Below, piece after piece: positions 36,797 through 45,918 of a DNA stretch of 64,000 nt. The notes under the pieces are model-generated. The model made no database searches. It saw only the letters and a program-made list of their open reading frames with translations, and was not told where the DNA came from. This DNA comes from a phage: assembly GCA_024672275.1 (NCBI GenBank), contig GCA_024672275.1_4536.1; one strand, 5' to 3'. The translations under genes were made by a program, and so were the position numbers. The stretch's first letter is position 1; every line of letters starts with the position of its first letter.

Positions 36797-37286
36797 TTAT
36801 AGGAAGTGTTACAAGAGGATCATCTTCTTCAATTTCCATCTTGTCATCTTCTGTTTCAATGAGAGTATTATGCACTTTGTGATAAGGGTTGTCAACACGT
36901 TTAAACTTATTCTTTTCTGTGCTGAAAAAACAATCTGGATCTTCTTCACCATCACCCCAACCTTGGTTAGGATCTCCGTCAGATTGTTCTGTAGGGATTT
37001 CACCTGTAAAGTACTCTTCCAGCACCATAGCAATACCGTCCCTTGGATTTGAGGAATGCATTAAATCACAAACCTTACCCCAATCCATAGCCCATTCGAA
37101 CCGTTCACGAACGCCATTTTCATCCTCCTTTCCAGAGAAAACACAACCATAACTATCATAGTTGCCATACATCTCTTCAATAACAACACCGTCCTTCAAA
37201 AGAAAGAGATAACAAGGTGATCCGTCGAAAGAAGTAGAAAGGGCAGCTTTGCCCGATTCCTTACACAAAAAACTAAAACAACCCAT
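36723..37286 (-). CDS. hypothetical acidic protein (187 aa)
   Basis: ORF; D/E-rich; no motif recognised. Confidence 0.4.
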   Translation of the reverse strand: MGCFSFLCKESGKAALSTSFDGSPCYLFLLKDGVVIEEMYGNYDSYGCVFSGKEDENGVRERFEWAMDWGKVCDLMHSSNPRDGIAMVLEEYFTGEIPTEQSDGDPNQGWGDGEEDPDCFFSTEKNKFKRVDNPYHKVHNTLIETEDDKMEIEEDDPLVTLPISELQKITKEAYDLGFKIGRGGMRV

Positions 37287-37684
37287 TACAAACCCTCCTT
37301 CAGATTATCAAGAGCTACAGTGGTTTCACAAAAGTCTCCATACGTTTTATGATGTTCTAGAAAAGCTTCAGGTCCACCCCAATCATTATCTTGTGTATTC
37401 CAGCCATCAATAAAAGCATCTTCAATGATTGTGATCAGTTCCTGTCGAGTCAACGTAATGGTATCAGGTTTCTGCGTAGTTTCCACACGGAACCCTGGTT
37501 CTTCATAAAAACCTTTAGTTACAATGGACTCTAACTCTTCTGCATCACAGAGGAAGTAGCCACAAAGATAACACCAACCGTCATCATCTTTCATTACTTC
37601 ATAAACTTCACCACTTGCTAACTTGATGAAAAGAGTAGGGTCTGTTACTGTAAGTTTTAAAAGAATACCTGTTGGATTATACAT
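37286..37684 (-). CDS. hypothetical protein (132 aa)
   Basis: ORF with ATGA coupling to the downstream gene. Confidence 0.4.
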   Translation of the reverse strand: MYNPTGILLKLTVTDPTLFIKLASGEVYEVMKDDDGWCYLCGYFLCDAEELESIVTKGFYEEPGFRVETTQKPDTITLTRQELITIIEDAFIDGWNTQDNDWGGPEAFLEHHKTYGDFCETTVALDNLKEGL

Positions 37685-37849
37685 CTTCTTCCTCCTCTAA
37701 AATATGGAACCCGTAATTACAATAATCCTGAAAGGTTTCGTGTGCAAGATCTTCTATATCCTCTTGAGACATATCATCTTCAATTTCGATATCCACAACC
37801 TCATTGCATCCACACCAAGCAGTTTCAATATTCACTCGTAATATTTTCA

Positions 37850-38047
37850 TTACTCCTCCTCCTCATTGAAGTCAATATCTGCAAGGAGTTCGAATTTACG
37901 GAAGTTACGACAACCTTCATAAATATAACAATCACGACAAACTGCTAGAACACTTGGGGGATATATGCCTCCCATCGGCGCGAATCGTTTTTCGTCATCA
38001 TAACGGACACCAATGTCCTCATCAATTATATAGATACGGATTCTCAT
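37850..38047 (-). CDS. small hypothetical protein, Cys-containing, acidic C-terminus (65 aa)
   Basis: ORF overlapping the telA-like stop (ATGA). Confidence 0.3.
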   Translation of the reverse strand: MRIRIYIIDEDIGVRYDDEKRFAPMGGIYPPSVLAVCRDCYIYEGCRNFRKFELLADIDFNEEEE

Positions 38048-39156
38048 TTACCAAGCCCTCGTTTCACAGCAGCTACCATCCCGTCTTCCAGAGATTGAAC
38101 TTCGTTAATATAATCAACACGAGCAGCACGGGCTTCCGTATTGATGCGGTTAGTTTCTTCCAACATCTTAACCAAGTTTTCCTGATCGTGACGCAGAGTT
38201 TCAATATCCAACACTTGACGGTTAGCCAGTGCTGCTGCTTCGATCTGATTCTGTGTGGCAAGATCGCTACCCAGTTTAATTGCCAGGTTAAATTCATCAA
38301 GAACGTTATTCTGCGTCTCTGCTGCTTTCATTTGACGTAAGCTCTCGATATACATTGAGAAGTTAGCAGAGTAAGCAGGAATAACATTATTTACTATATT
38401 ACGCGCAGATCGCATTAAGCTTGCAGAAACTTTTTGCATACCTTGTACACGCGGTCCCATTTGGACACACAGTAGGCGCAATGCCTTTAAATCTGCAATA
38501 CGAATCTCCAGAAGATCCAAAGTATCTCGGATCACTTGTCGCTGTTCTACTGCATCTTCTGGAAGAGCAGCCAAAGCTTGTTCTTCTTTTTCATAGGTTG
38601 CTGTTAGAAGCTGCATATCTCGGTTCAAACTTGCAGCATATTGTCCAATAGCTTGATGTAGCTTTTCAAGATATACCAAGGAATCTTCTTCTTTGCGAAT
38701 ATCCATTTGAAGGTTCTTTACCAACTCTTCAATACGGTTATTAACATTATCAAACTCCCCAAACAGGTCTTCTTTCATACCCATAACTTTTTTAATGAGT
38801 TTAGTAATACCCTTGCTTTGTTTAATAGAGTTTGGATCAAGTTGTTTTGCCTGTTTAATCAAAGCTGTGAGTCGTTCACTCATCTGATCGCCTTGATTAC
38901 TACGTTGATGTTTTAACACCTCGGCATTCAAGGAACGCAAGGTTGTTCCTGCCTCTGCCCCAATCTCTTCAATCTCTTGTCGGGTCATAGAAGGCAAAAC
39001 TGGAACTTCTTGCGGTGCCGCTGGTGCATAAACAGGACTGGCATCTAACACGCTTGGAGCGAATACAGATTTACTTGCATCTGTTGTTGCAGCGAATACA
39101 CTCATTTCAGACTTCTTCTGACCACCAGTAGCTGCTTTTAAAAATGGACTTGTCAT
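38044..39156 (-). CDS. TelA-like (toxic anion resistance / KlaA family) protein (370 aa)
   Basis: Size and long helical, charged composition consistent with TelA; co-localised with TerD/TerC/vWA; no sharp motif, so the call leans on context. Confidence 0.5.
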   Translation of the reverse strand: MTSPFLKAATGGQKKSEMSVFAATTDASKSVFAPSVLDASPVYAPAAPQEVPVLPSMTRQEIEEIGAEAGTTLRSLNAEVLKHQRSNQGDQMSERLTALIKQAKQLDPNSIKQSKGITKLIKKVMGMKEDLFGEFDNVNNRIEELVKNLQMDIRKEEDSLVYLEKLHQAIGQYAASLNRDMQLLTATYEKEEQALAALPEDAVEQRQVIRDTLDLLEIRIADLKALRLLCVQMGPRVQGMQKVSASLMRSARNIVNNVIPAYSANFSMYIESLRQMKAAETQNNVLDEFNLAIKLGSDLATQNQIEAAALANRQVLDIETLRHDQENLVKMLEETNRINTEARAARVDYINEVQSLEDGMVAAVKRGLGK

Positions 39157-39743
39157 TCTTCATTCTCCTCTTCTGCATCTCTTATATATGGTGAAACACC
39201 GTACTCTTTAGCTACTTTAACCCAATCATCCCATTTATACAACCATAATTTTCCTTCAGTTCCTTCTTTATCTGATTTCAACCACATGTTAGGTTGCTTG
39301 CCTGGGTACATGCGATTAGGTTTACGATTATAACCTCTAACACATCTTGTCGCAAACCTATCTACCAGAACAAGAACATATTTATATTCGTGGTTCAACG
39401 GCTCTTTGGAAGTGGCTTTAGGATTAGCCCCTAACTCTGCTGCCAGTTTTTGCCAATGAGCACCGTGTCTACTAAACTTACCCATACAACCATCAATAGC
39501 ATGAGCAATTTCGTGCTTCATTGTATCCACGATCATGTCTCTTGTGGAGTTCTTATGCAAGTGCCAATTTACAACAACAATTTTATCTCGGTAGTTGCAC
39601 CAACCGAAAGAGTTATTCACTTTGTTTCTAACACAAGCTTTATATCCTGCTTCATGTAACATGTTGTAGTAAACAGGAAAATCTTCTTTTATTTCCTGCA
39701 TCACTTCCCACCACAAGAGTTGCAAGTCTCTCTCGGTATGCAT
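39153..39743 (-). CDS. SprT-like zinc metalloprotease domain protein (196 aa)
   Basis: HExxH in KHEIAHAIDGCMGKFSRHGAHW. Confidence 0.5.
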   Translation of the reverse strand: MHTERDLQLLWWEVMQEIKEDFPVYYNMLHEAGYKACVRNKVNNSFGWCNYRDKIVVVNWHLHKNSTRDMIVDTMKHEIAHAIDGCMGKFSRHGAHWQKLAAELGANPKATSKEPLNHEYKYVLVLVDRFATRCVRGYNRKPNRMYPGKQPNMWLKSDKEGTEGKLWLYKWDDWVKVAKEYGVSPYIRDAEEENEE

Positions 39744-39746
39744 AAC

Positions 39747-40340
39747 TTACACCTTAAAAGCGAAATGCGTGGTCGTGGCTTCAAAATCAGGGCCAGATAA
39801 ACTTGCACTGAAATCTGAAATATTTGTAATTAAAAAGCTTTTATGCATACCTAACACAGCCACGCTTTCAATATCTTCTACTAACATTTCAATCATGTTA
39901 GAAACATGGCTGAACGTATAGTTTTGTTTTTTGATGGTGTAGAAAGAAAGACTCCCACCTGCTGTATAAGATACCTCTTCAAAATCTTTAATCGTATATT
40001 GTGTGCCATCAGTAAAGAAAATGGTAGCTTTATTAGTAGCACGTTTCTTGTTTTTTGGTCCTTTTTTACGTTTACTGCGAGTAGGCAAACCGTTTGGGAA
40101 CACCGTAGCTACAAATTCTTCAGGGGAAACCTCCTTACCGAAATCATAACCGTAAGAAACAGCGTCTATAAACTCGTCGTCTTCATTTTTAAAATAATGA
40201 AAATAGGGCCAATTTGAGAGATTATCAAGCATCTTATGCTCATCCACAGCAGAGAACGTATCTCTCAAAGCACGTGTGATTTGTAAAGCATTAGGCAAAC
40301 TTTTAACACCTGTAATGGAAGTACGAATAGAAATTGTCAT
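39747..40340 (-). CDS. hypothetical protein (197 aa)
   Basis: ORF; no motif recognised. Confidence 0.4.
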   Translation of the reverse strand: MTISIRTSITGVKSLPNALQITRALRDTFSAVDEHKMLDNLSNWPYFHYFKNEDDEFIDAVSYGYDFGKEVSPEEFVATVFPNGLPTRSKRKKGPKNKKRATNKATIFFTDGTQYTIKDFEEVSYTAGGSLSFYTIKKQNYTFSHVSNMIEMLVEDIESVAVLGMHKSFLITNISDFSASLSGPDFEATTTHFAFKV

Positions 40341-40354
40341 TGTTTTTCTCCTTA

Positions 40355-40792
40355 TTAACGTCGCTTGCTACGAGATGAACTCTTTTTACTTAAAGGGCTA
40401 TTGTAAGATTTACGAGTTGTATAGCTACTATTTGTTTTAAAAGTCTGTCTCGGCTTTTCATAAGTTTTTATCTCTTGTTTAGGCTTACCATAAAAATTAG
40501 TTTTCGGTTTAGGTGTATTATAATGCTTATTAATAATCGTTCTGTTATCGTTATAATCCCCACTGCTACGATTACTACCGCCACTCATCATATGCCCTAA
40601 CAACATACCTGTAGCAAACTCACCAACACCGCTACTACTAGAACCGCCACCATTGTTGATAATAGTTGTATCTCCGTCAGATCCTTGTTGAGCGTATTGT
40701 TGAGGAGGTTGTTGGTATTGTGCAGGATTTGTTTCATCCTCGCAAGCTGTTAAAAAGATACAACCAATTAAAATCAGGGCTAGTTTTTTCAT
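40355..40792 (-). CDS. lipoprotein, G/S/N/K-rich (start adjusted to Met26 of track ORF)
   Basis: Signal peptide + lipobox MKKLALILIGCIFLTAC; low-complexity GGGSSSSG region. Confidence 0.5.
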   Translation of the reverse strand: MKKLALILIGCIFLTACEDETNPAQYQQPPQQYAQQGSDGDTTIINNGGGSSSSGVGEFATGMLLGHMMSGGSNRSSGDYNDNRTIINKHYNTPKPKTNFYGKPKQEIKTYEKPRQTFKTNSSYTTRKSYNSPLSKKSSSRSKRR

Positions 40793-40979
40793 ATTTGCTT
40801 TCCTCGTTTTGGCTATTAATACATCTGTGTTTGAAATCTCCAGAGAAGCAATAAAGTTGCTCTCCATCTCGGTATAAACTCACTTTACTGCCGTTGATTA
40901 CGCTTGTCAATACAAAAATTACAACAAACAACCCTATTGCAAAACAGATATTTTCAAACACAACCAACAAGTATTTCAT
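40734..40979 (-). CDS. possible small membrane protein (81 aa)
   Basis: Hydrophobic helix ICFAIGLFVVIFVLTSVI; overlaps the lipoprotein gene start region, so it is uncertain. Confidence 0.25.
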   Translation of the reverse strand: MKYLLVVFENICFAIGLFVVIFVLTSVINGSKVSLYRDGEQLYCFSGDFKHRCINSQNEESKYEKTSPDFNWLYLFNSLRG

Positions 40980-41326
40980 TTTAAAAATACCTCATCATCA
41001 GTTTCATTATCCCAGAAGAACAAATCCCAACCATTCGGATCATTCCATTTGGCTGCTGGAGAAGTCCATATTTGTTCGATATCAATATTCAAAACTTCAC
41101 CGTTTCGTTTTGAAACAGCTTTAGTTAATTCCCAACGAGACACAGGCTCCACTTCCCCTGAACCGCTCCCACAACAAGCTACCACATTAGGAGGCAAATT
41201 AATTGGATCTTTGGTCACAATCATAACGCTTACCCCAGGGTAAACTTTTGAAAGATAATCTAAAACGTAATCCACATCGCCAGATAAATCCCAAATAAGT
41301 TCTTGAATTTCATCAAAATTATTCAT
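40976..41326 (-). CDS. hypothetical protein (116 aa)
   Basis: ORF with SD AGGAGA. Confidence 0.4.
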   Translation of the reverse strand: MNNFDEIQELIWDLSGDVDYVLDYLSKVYPGVSVMIVTKDPINLPPNVVACCGSGSGEVEPVSRWELTKAVSKRNGEVLNIDIEQIWTSPAAKWNDPNGWDLFFWDNETDDEVFLK

Positions 41327-41337
41327 AAGTCTCTCCT

Positions 41338-41362
41338 ATAAAATAGCCTCCCGAAGGAGGCT
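41338..41362 (-). terminator. terminator hairpin AGCCTCC-TTCG-GGAGGCT + AUUUUAU after terC
   Basis: Minus-strand GC stem with 4-nt loop followed by a U-rich tract, immediately before the next RBS. Confidence 0.45.
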
Positions 41363-41368
41363 CATCTA

Positions 41369-42343
41369 TTAAACAGCAGCTTCTTCTTTTTCAGGGAAGA
41401 TAAAGCTTGCAATAACACCAAGAGCTAATGTGCCTAGAACAATCATCAGACTTACGTTAGGGGAAATATCATGCGGGAAGAATGACCACTTGGCATGAAG
41501 TGTTTCACCGAACGGGTGATACATAAGTTTAGCACCAACAAACACCAGAACCACAGCAACAGCTTTCTCTAAGTGAACCAGATATTTCACAGCTACACTT
41601 AACACAAAGAAAAGTGCACGTAAACCAAGAACAGCCATCAGCATTGCAGAATAAACTAGCAGAGGTTCTTGTGTCACACCGATCACAGCCGGAACTGAAT
41701 CAAAAGAGAAGACAATATCTGTAAGCTCAATAACAAACACACAAAGAAGAGCAGGAGTTGCATATTTAATACCATTCTTAATGGTAATGAACTTTTCACC
41801 ATCTAGTGCATTGTGCACAGGCAGAACTTTACCTACTAAACGAACAGCCCAATGCTTAGAGTAATCAATATCCTCTTCTTCGTCACCACCTTTGATGATA
41901 GCCACGGCAGACCAAGCTACAATCAAACCGAACAACACTTGGACCGACCAATGAAGGTTAAACAAAGCGGTCCCTGCTGCAACAAAAATACCTCGGAAGA
42001 CAATGGCTCCTGCAATCCCCCAAAGTAAAATCTTATGTTGGAGATGTGTGCTCTTAATTCCAAAGCTTGCAAAAATTGCCATGAATACCATCAGGTTATC
42101 TACAGAAAGACTCTTTTCCAACACATAGCCACTTAGGAAAAGCGCGGCAAACTCTTTACCATGTTCTACCCAAATGAATGCGTAATATCCTAAAGCTAAA
42201 GCAATCCAAAAAACAGACCAAAGCAAAGCAGATTTAATTCCAATTTCTTTATTCTCTTTATGACCAAAGAAATCGATACCAATAGACAATGCCAAAATAC
42301 TAACTAAAACAACTACATCAATAATTGGGAAACCGAGTTGCAT
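41369..42343 (-). CDS. terC: TerC-family integral membrane protein (324 aa)
   Basis: Multiple TM helices; TerC signature LEKSLSVDNLMVFMAIF and FSFDSVPAVIG. Confidence 0.8.
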   Translation of the reverse strand: MQLGFPIIDVVVLVSILALSIGIDFFGHKENKEIGIKSALLWSVFWIALALGYYAFIWVEHGKEFAALFLSGYVLEKSLSVDNLMVFMAIFASFGIKSTHLQHKILLWGIAGAIVFRGIFVAAGTALFNLHWSVQVLFGLIVAWSAVAIIKGGDEEEDIDYSKHWAVRLVGKVLPVHNALDGEKFITIKNGIKYATPALLCVFVIELTDIVFSFDSVPAVIGVTQEPLLVYSAMLMAVLGLRALFFVLSVAVKYLVHLEKAVAVVLVFVGAKLMYHPFGETLHAKWSFFPHDISPNVSLMIVLGTLALGVIASFIFPEKEEAAV

Positions 42344-42422
42344 TCTTTTCTCCTCTCTTTGCGGGGAATTATTCCCCGCTTTATGTGATATATCTTACTC
42401 TTTTTAAGAACTATGTCAACAC

Positions 42423-42644
42423 TTATTTTGTTGAATGAGAGGAAAAGATTCCTCGTAATACCGCCAGAATAAACGAAACACAAACCACGGTCCAGAAGGT
42501 TACTGGGACAGTGATATCTGCATGACCCATAACTTCAGCAACATAGTTGTAAGCCAGCAACAGTAACCAAGCTGGAATCAAACTAAGCATAAAAGCAATA
42601 ACAAAAAAGCTTACCACCGCAACAATACCTGCAAAAACACCCAT
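42423..42644 (-). CDS. small membrane protein, 2 TM (73 aa)
   Basis: Two hydrophobic helices. Confidence 0.4.
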   Translation of the reverse strand: MGVFAGIVAVVSFFVIAFMLSLIPAWLLLLAYNYVAEVMGHADITVPVTFWTVVCVSFILAVLRGIFSSHSTK

Positions 42645-42656
42645 ACTAATCTCCTC

Positions 42657-43130
42657 TTAAAGTTTATAAATAGTCACATCGTGACCTGTTTTTACTAAAG
42701 TTTCTTCAATCATCACTTGGATGATAGCCCAATTACCTCCAGCATATCCAGCGCCAATCATAGGTAAGCCGATCTTACATTTTTGGTCACGGAGAAGCAA
42801 ATCGTTAGCCATAGCTATTAGTGCATCGTAAAGTGCATCATAGTCCAACTGACGACCTTTAGCATTATATCCGTAACGGTATTGCCCGTATAGATTATAT
42901 ACCAAAGGGTCTGATTGTTCGTCTGGCACCCCTAAACTAAAAGAACCTAACTTACTTTGATCACCAGCCATTGTGTCTAAATCTGCCGCATATGCATAAG
43001 GGAATGCTCGTTTAATTTGCGGAGCAATTCCTGCTCCCATATTACACATACAATTGCAACAATGAGCAATAACAGTTACTTCACCTGCTTTAGCGGCATC
43101 AATAAGATTACCTGTTTTCATTTTAAGCAT
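42657..43130 (-). CDS. macro domain protein (start adjusted to Met23 of track ORF)
   Basis: VIAHCCNCMCNMGAGIA...IGLPMIGAGYAGG fits the macro fold; SD AAGGAG before the adjusted ATG. Confidence 0.6.
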   Translation of the reverse strand: MLKMKTGNLIDAAKAGEVTVIAHCCNCMCNMGAGIAPQIKRAFPYAYAADLDTMAGDQSKLGSFSLGVPDEQSDPLVYNLYGQYRYGYNAKGRQLDYDALYDALIAMANDLLLRDQKCKIGLPMIGAGYAGGNWAIIQVMIEETLVKTGHDVTIYKL

Positions 43131-43143
43131 TTTTAGCTCCTTA

Positions 43144-43971
43144 TTACAGAATGTGTTGTTTTGTGTAACGATCCAAGAATTCAAAGTTTTCAACATACTT
43201 TGAAATTCGGTTGTAACCTTCTCCCAAACATCCGAAGAAAAGTTGCTCTACATAGTAGTGTGGCAATTGGCTAAGAATGATTTTGAAGTCTTCATGATTT
43301 TGGCCCATAAGATACTTAATAGGACGAACAAGACACTGTGCATCACGTTCTTCATTAATCATTTTAACAAACGCTTCTGGTGTATTAATGTAGTTAAAAT
43401 TCAGTTTAGCTTCGGTATCTGCTTGATTACCTTCATATTTTGCAAAATACAAGAAGTAAACATCATTTTTAACTTGATTTTCATCAAGGATCTCAATCAG
43501 TTTGTCTTCATGAGTTCCAGTGATATTTACATCATCAATAAACACAAGCTTCTTATCACCCCAGAATTCTTTGTTGCAGTAGAATGTATCCCCATCAATA
43601 AGTTTCTTACGACTAGCTTTATCCAAGAAACCATAATCGTTGATATAGCTAACTTTACGATGAATAATATCTAGTTCTGCTGAACAACCTTGATCATATT
43701 GTGATTGCAACATATTAAAGTAATTAATAAAATGATCTGTCATCATTGTTGCAGCATTATGCACATGGTTGTAAGGAGAAGGAATGATAACAAATTGTTC
43801 CCCAATATGTTTCATTGCCACTTGAGCAAAAAACTGAAGTGCCAATTCTTTACCCATACGACGCGCAGCCTGGTTACTACCAAATTTCAATTTTGAATAG
43901 TCTTTGATATCAAAAGTAGCAGTTTCCAGGTCATCAAATTTATTTGCAAAAATTTGAGTTTGATTACGCAT
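43144..43971 (-). CDS. phosphoribosyltransferase (type I PRTase)-like protein (275 aa)
   Basis: PRPP-binding motif KKLVFIDDVNITGTHEDK. Confidence 0.5.
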   Translation of the reverse strand: MRNQTQIFANKFDDLETATFDIKDYSKLKFGSNQAARRMGKELALQFFAQVAMKHIGEQFVIIPSPYNHVHNAATMMTDHFINYFNMLQSQYDQGCSAELDIIHRKVSYINDYGFLDKASRKKLIDGDTFYCNKEFWGDKKLVFIDDVNITGTHEDKLIEILDENQVKNDVYFLYFAKYEGNQADTEAKLNFNYINTPEAFVKMINEERDAQCLVRPIKYLMGQNHEDFKIILSQLPHYYVEQLFFGCLGEGYNRISKYVENFEFLDRYTKQHIL

Positions 43972-44620
43972 TTACAATTTCTCCTCTTTTAAGTTTCTCT
44001 AGTAAGTCGTTAGGGTTCTTAATATGACAGAAGTTAAATCCTAAGTCAACACATTTTCCATCATATTCTTCACTATCGCCTACGTGCAACACTTCGTGCC
44101 CTAACAGAGGGATCGGAGAATACGTGAGCGTGCGAGCAAAGAATCGCGGATCTGGTTTACAAAGTAAAGCTTCATCCGAAAAATGGGTGAACTCAAAACA
44201 ATTCCAACTATCAAACTTACAAGCACGACGCAGGATATCCCCTGATATGAAGTTGGTGTTACTCTTAATACTCAAATCATAACGCCCCGAAAGATACAGC
44301 AAGTACATCGGCAGATCTACGGCTACGTGTGGTGGAAACTTAAGGAACCACTGTTCACACTCGAAACGAAGCTTTGCAGACTTCCAAGGCGTTATCCCAA
44401 GTTCAGAACCAAGTCTTTCCCAGGCGTATGCTGCACACTCGGCTCGGCCTTGAAGTGCTGCATTATCCAGTTCCTTTTTGATCTTTTTATAAGCTACTCT
44501 TGCTTCCACTTCCGTAATATCTCCATATTTTGCGATAGTCCAGGCTCGCATGTCTGCGTAATTGGAGTTTGCTGTGATCAGTGTGTTCCATACATCAAAA
44601 GAGATATGTTTAATAGTCAT
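43964..44620 (-). CDS. HAD-superfamily hydrolase-like protein (218 aa)
   Basis: Motif I-like ISFDVWNTL, motif IV-like LHVGDSEEYD. Confidence 0.5.
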   Translation of the reverse strand: MTIKHISFDVWNTLITANSNYADMRAWTIAKYGDITEVEARVAYKKIKKELDNAALQGRAECAAYAWERLGSELGITPWKSAKLRFECEQWFLKFPPHVAVDLPMYLLYLSGRYDLSIKSNTNFISGDILRRACKFDSWNCFEFTHFSDEALLCKPDPRFFARTLTYSPIPLLGHEVLHVGDSEEYDGKCVDLGFNFCHIKNPNDLLEKLKRGEIVNA

Positions 44621-44621
44621 A

Positions 44622-45227
44622 TTAAGCCCACCATGCGTCTAAGTTAAGATTACTGTCCACTACCACTTGTTCTATGTGGTAGCCTTTTATCTGTATCCCA
44701 CTGTTCAAGAGCATCTCATACGCTTCATTGAAACGCAACTTATCTTCTGCGGAATATAAGCGAGCATTATAAAATCGGTAATCAATTTCTTCAGCATTAG
44801 AAGAAATACGGAAGAAGTTTGTTTCTACTTCGGGGTCACTTGCTGAAGTCTTAATGTGAACTTCTCCATAATTTTCTTTACTTAGATCCATGAAAAGAAC
44901 ACAGGCAACATGTTTAAACATTCGTTCCAGTTTGTAACGAACAACATTGAAACCTGCATTCTCAAGTTTTTCTACACACTGCAACATTAAAGTAGTGTCG
45001 AGATCGCTTTGATACTTTGTTAACATACGATCACGTTGAGACTTTGTATCCCGATGTAAATCAATTGTTGTGCATTTGGCACCAATAATCTTAGCTGCTT
45101 TCATCAACTCTTCAGAACTAACGTTAGATAAAGTAAGATGAAAATGAGCTTTCCACACTTTTTTAGCAGGGACACCAAAAGATTTATCCCCACTATTCGG
45201 CATGTTGACTACTACACTATGTTGCAT
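44622..45227 (-). CDS. hypothetical protein (201 aa)
   Basis: ORF; no motif recognised; adjacent to the HAD/PRTase genes. Confidence 0.4.
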   Translation of the reverse strand: MQHSVVVNMPNSGDKSFGVPAKKVWKAHFHLTLSNVSSEELMKAAKIIGAKCTTIDLHRDTKSQRDRMLTKYQSDLDTTLMLQCVEKLENAGFNVVRYKLERMFKHVACVLFMDLSKENYGEVHIKTSASDPEVETNFFRISSNAEEIDYRFYNARLYSAEDKLRFNEAYEMLLNSGIQIKGYHIEQVVVDSNLNLDAWWA

Positions 45228-45242
45228 TACTTATCTCCTCAC

Positions 45243-45467
45243 TTAAAATGGAAGTCTTTGAAGTTCATCTCCTCCGATATCAAGTAATTTAGCAACATCT
45301 CGATCAGAAAGCAACTCTTTTCTTTGTAAAATATCCACAAGGGTTGCAAGAATGTCCTTAACGTCCCGATCACTGTTCTTCAAAAGTTCTCCTGCCGTCC
45401 CTACTCTATCTCCTATAGCAAAATATGTAACCATGAAACCTCCTAAGTTAATCTGATTGCCAACCAC
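45243..45467 (-). CDS. hypothetical protein (74 aa)
   Basis: ORF only. Confidence 0.35.
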   Translation of the reverse strand: MVGNQINLGGFMVTYFAIGDRVGTAGELLKNSDRDVKDILATLVDILQRKELLSDRDVAKLLDIGGDELQRLPF

Positions 45468-45918
45468 TTGCCGTTTTGGTCCATAATCTTTGATTATCTG
45501 ACCCTCTGAAAGGTTTTGTAGTTGGATTGTTTATTTCATACTTTCCGTCTACAATAATGTCAACAAGATTTTTAATATACAAAGGCACTTCCTCAAAAGT
45601 ATACCCTGTATATACCATTATATCTTTGCTTGACCCATAAACGTCTCTAACCTTTTCTATAAGGTTTTTAACATTGTAAATATTCTGTGGATCTAATGGC
45701 TCTCCTCCTAAAATTGTTAAACCTTTTACAAACGGTCTTGACAAATCTTTTAAAACTTGCTCTACATTTTCGTGAGTGAACGGTTTCCCATAAGAATAAG
45801 ACCAGGCTTTTTGGTTAAAACAGCCACGACAACCGTGGCTACAACCACTAACCCAGAGGGAGCACCTAACTCCCTCGCCATTAATAAGATCTACAGGTTC
45901 ATATCCTGCAAAATTCAA
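45448..45918 (-). CDS. nrdG: anaerobic ribonucleoside-triphosphate reductase activating protein (radical SAM) (156 aa)
   Basis: CxxxCxxC cluster CSHGCRGC near the N-terminus; overlaps nrdD. Confidence 0.8.
   Translation of the reverse strand: MNFAGYEPVDLINGEGVRCSLWVSGCSHGCRGCFNQKAWSYSYGKPFTHENVEQVLKDLSRPFVKGLTILGGEPLDPQNIYNVKNLIEKVRDVYGSSKDIMVYTGYTFEEVPLYIKNLVDIIVDGKYEINNPTTKPFRGSDNQRLWTKTASGWQSD

Noticed and set aside
34543-45227. Canonical tellurite-resistance operon (terZABCDE)
   Set aside because: Only TerD, TerC, a TelA-like and a vWA gene are recognisable; I see no TerB, TerA, TerZ or TerE, so I describe it as a Ter-like cluster rather than a classical ter operon.
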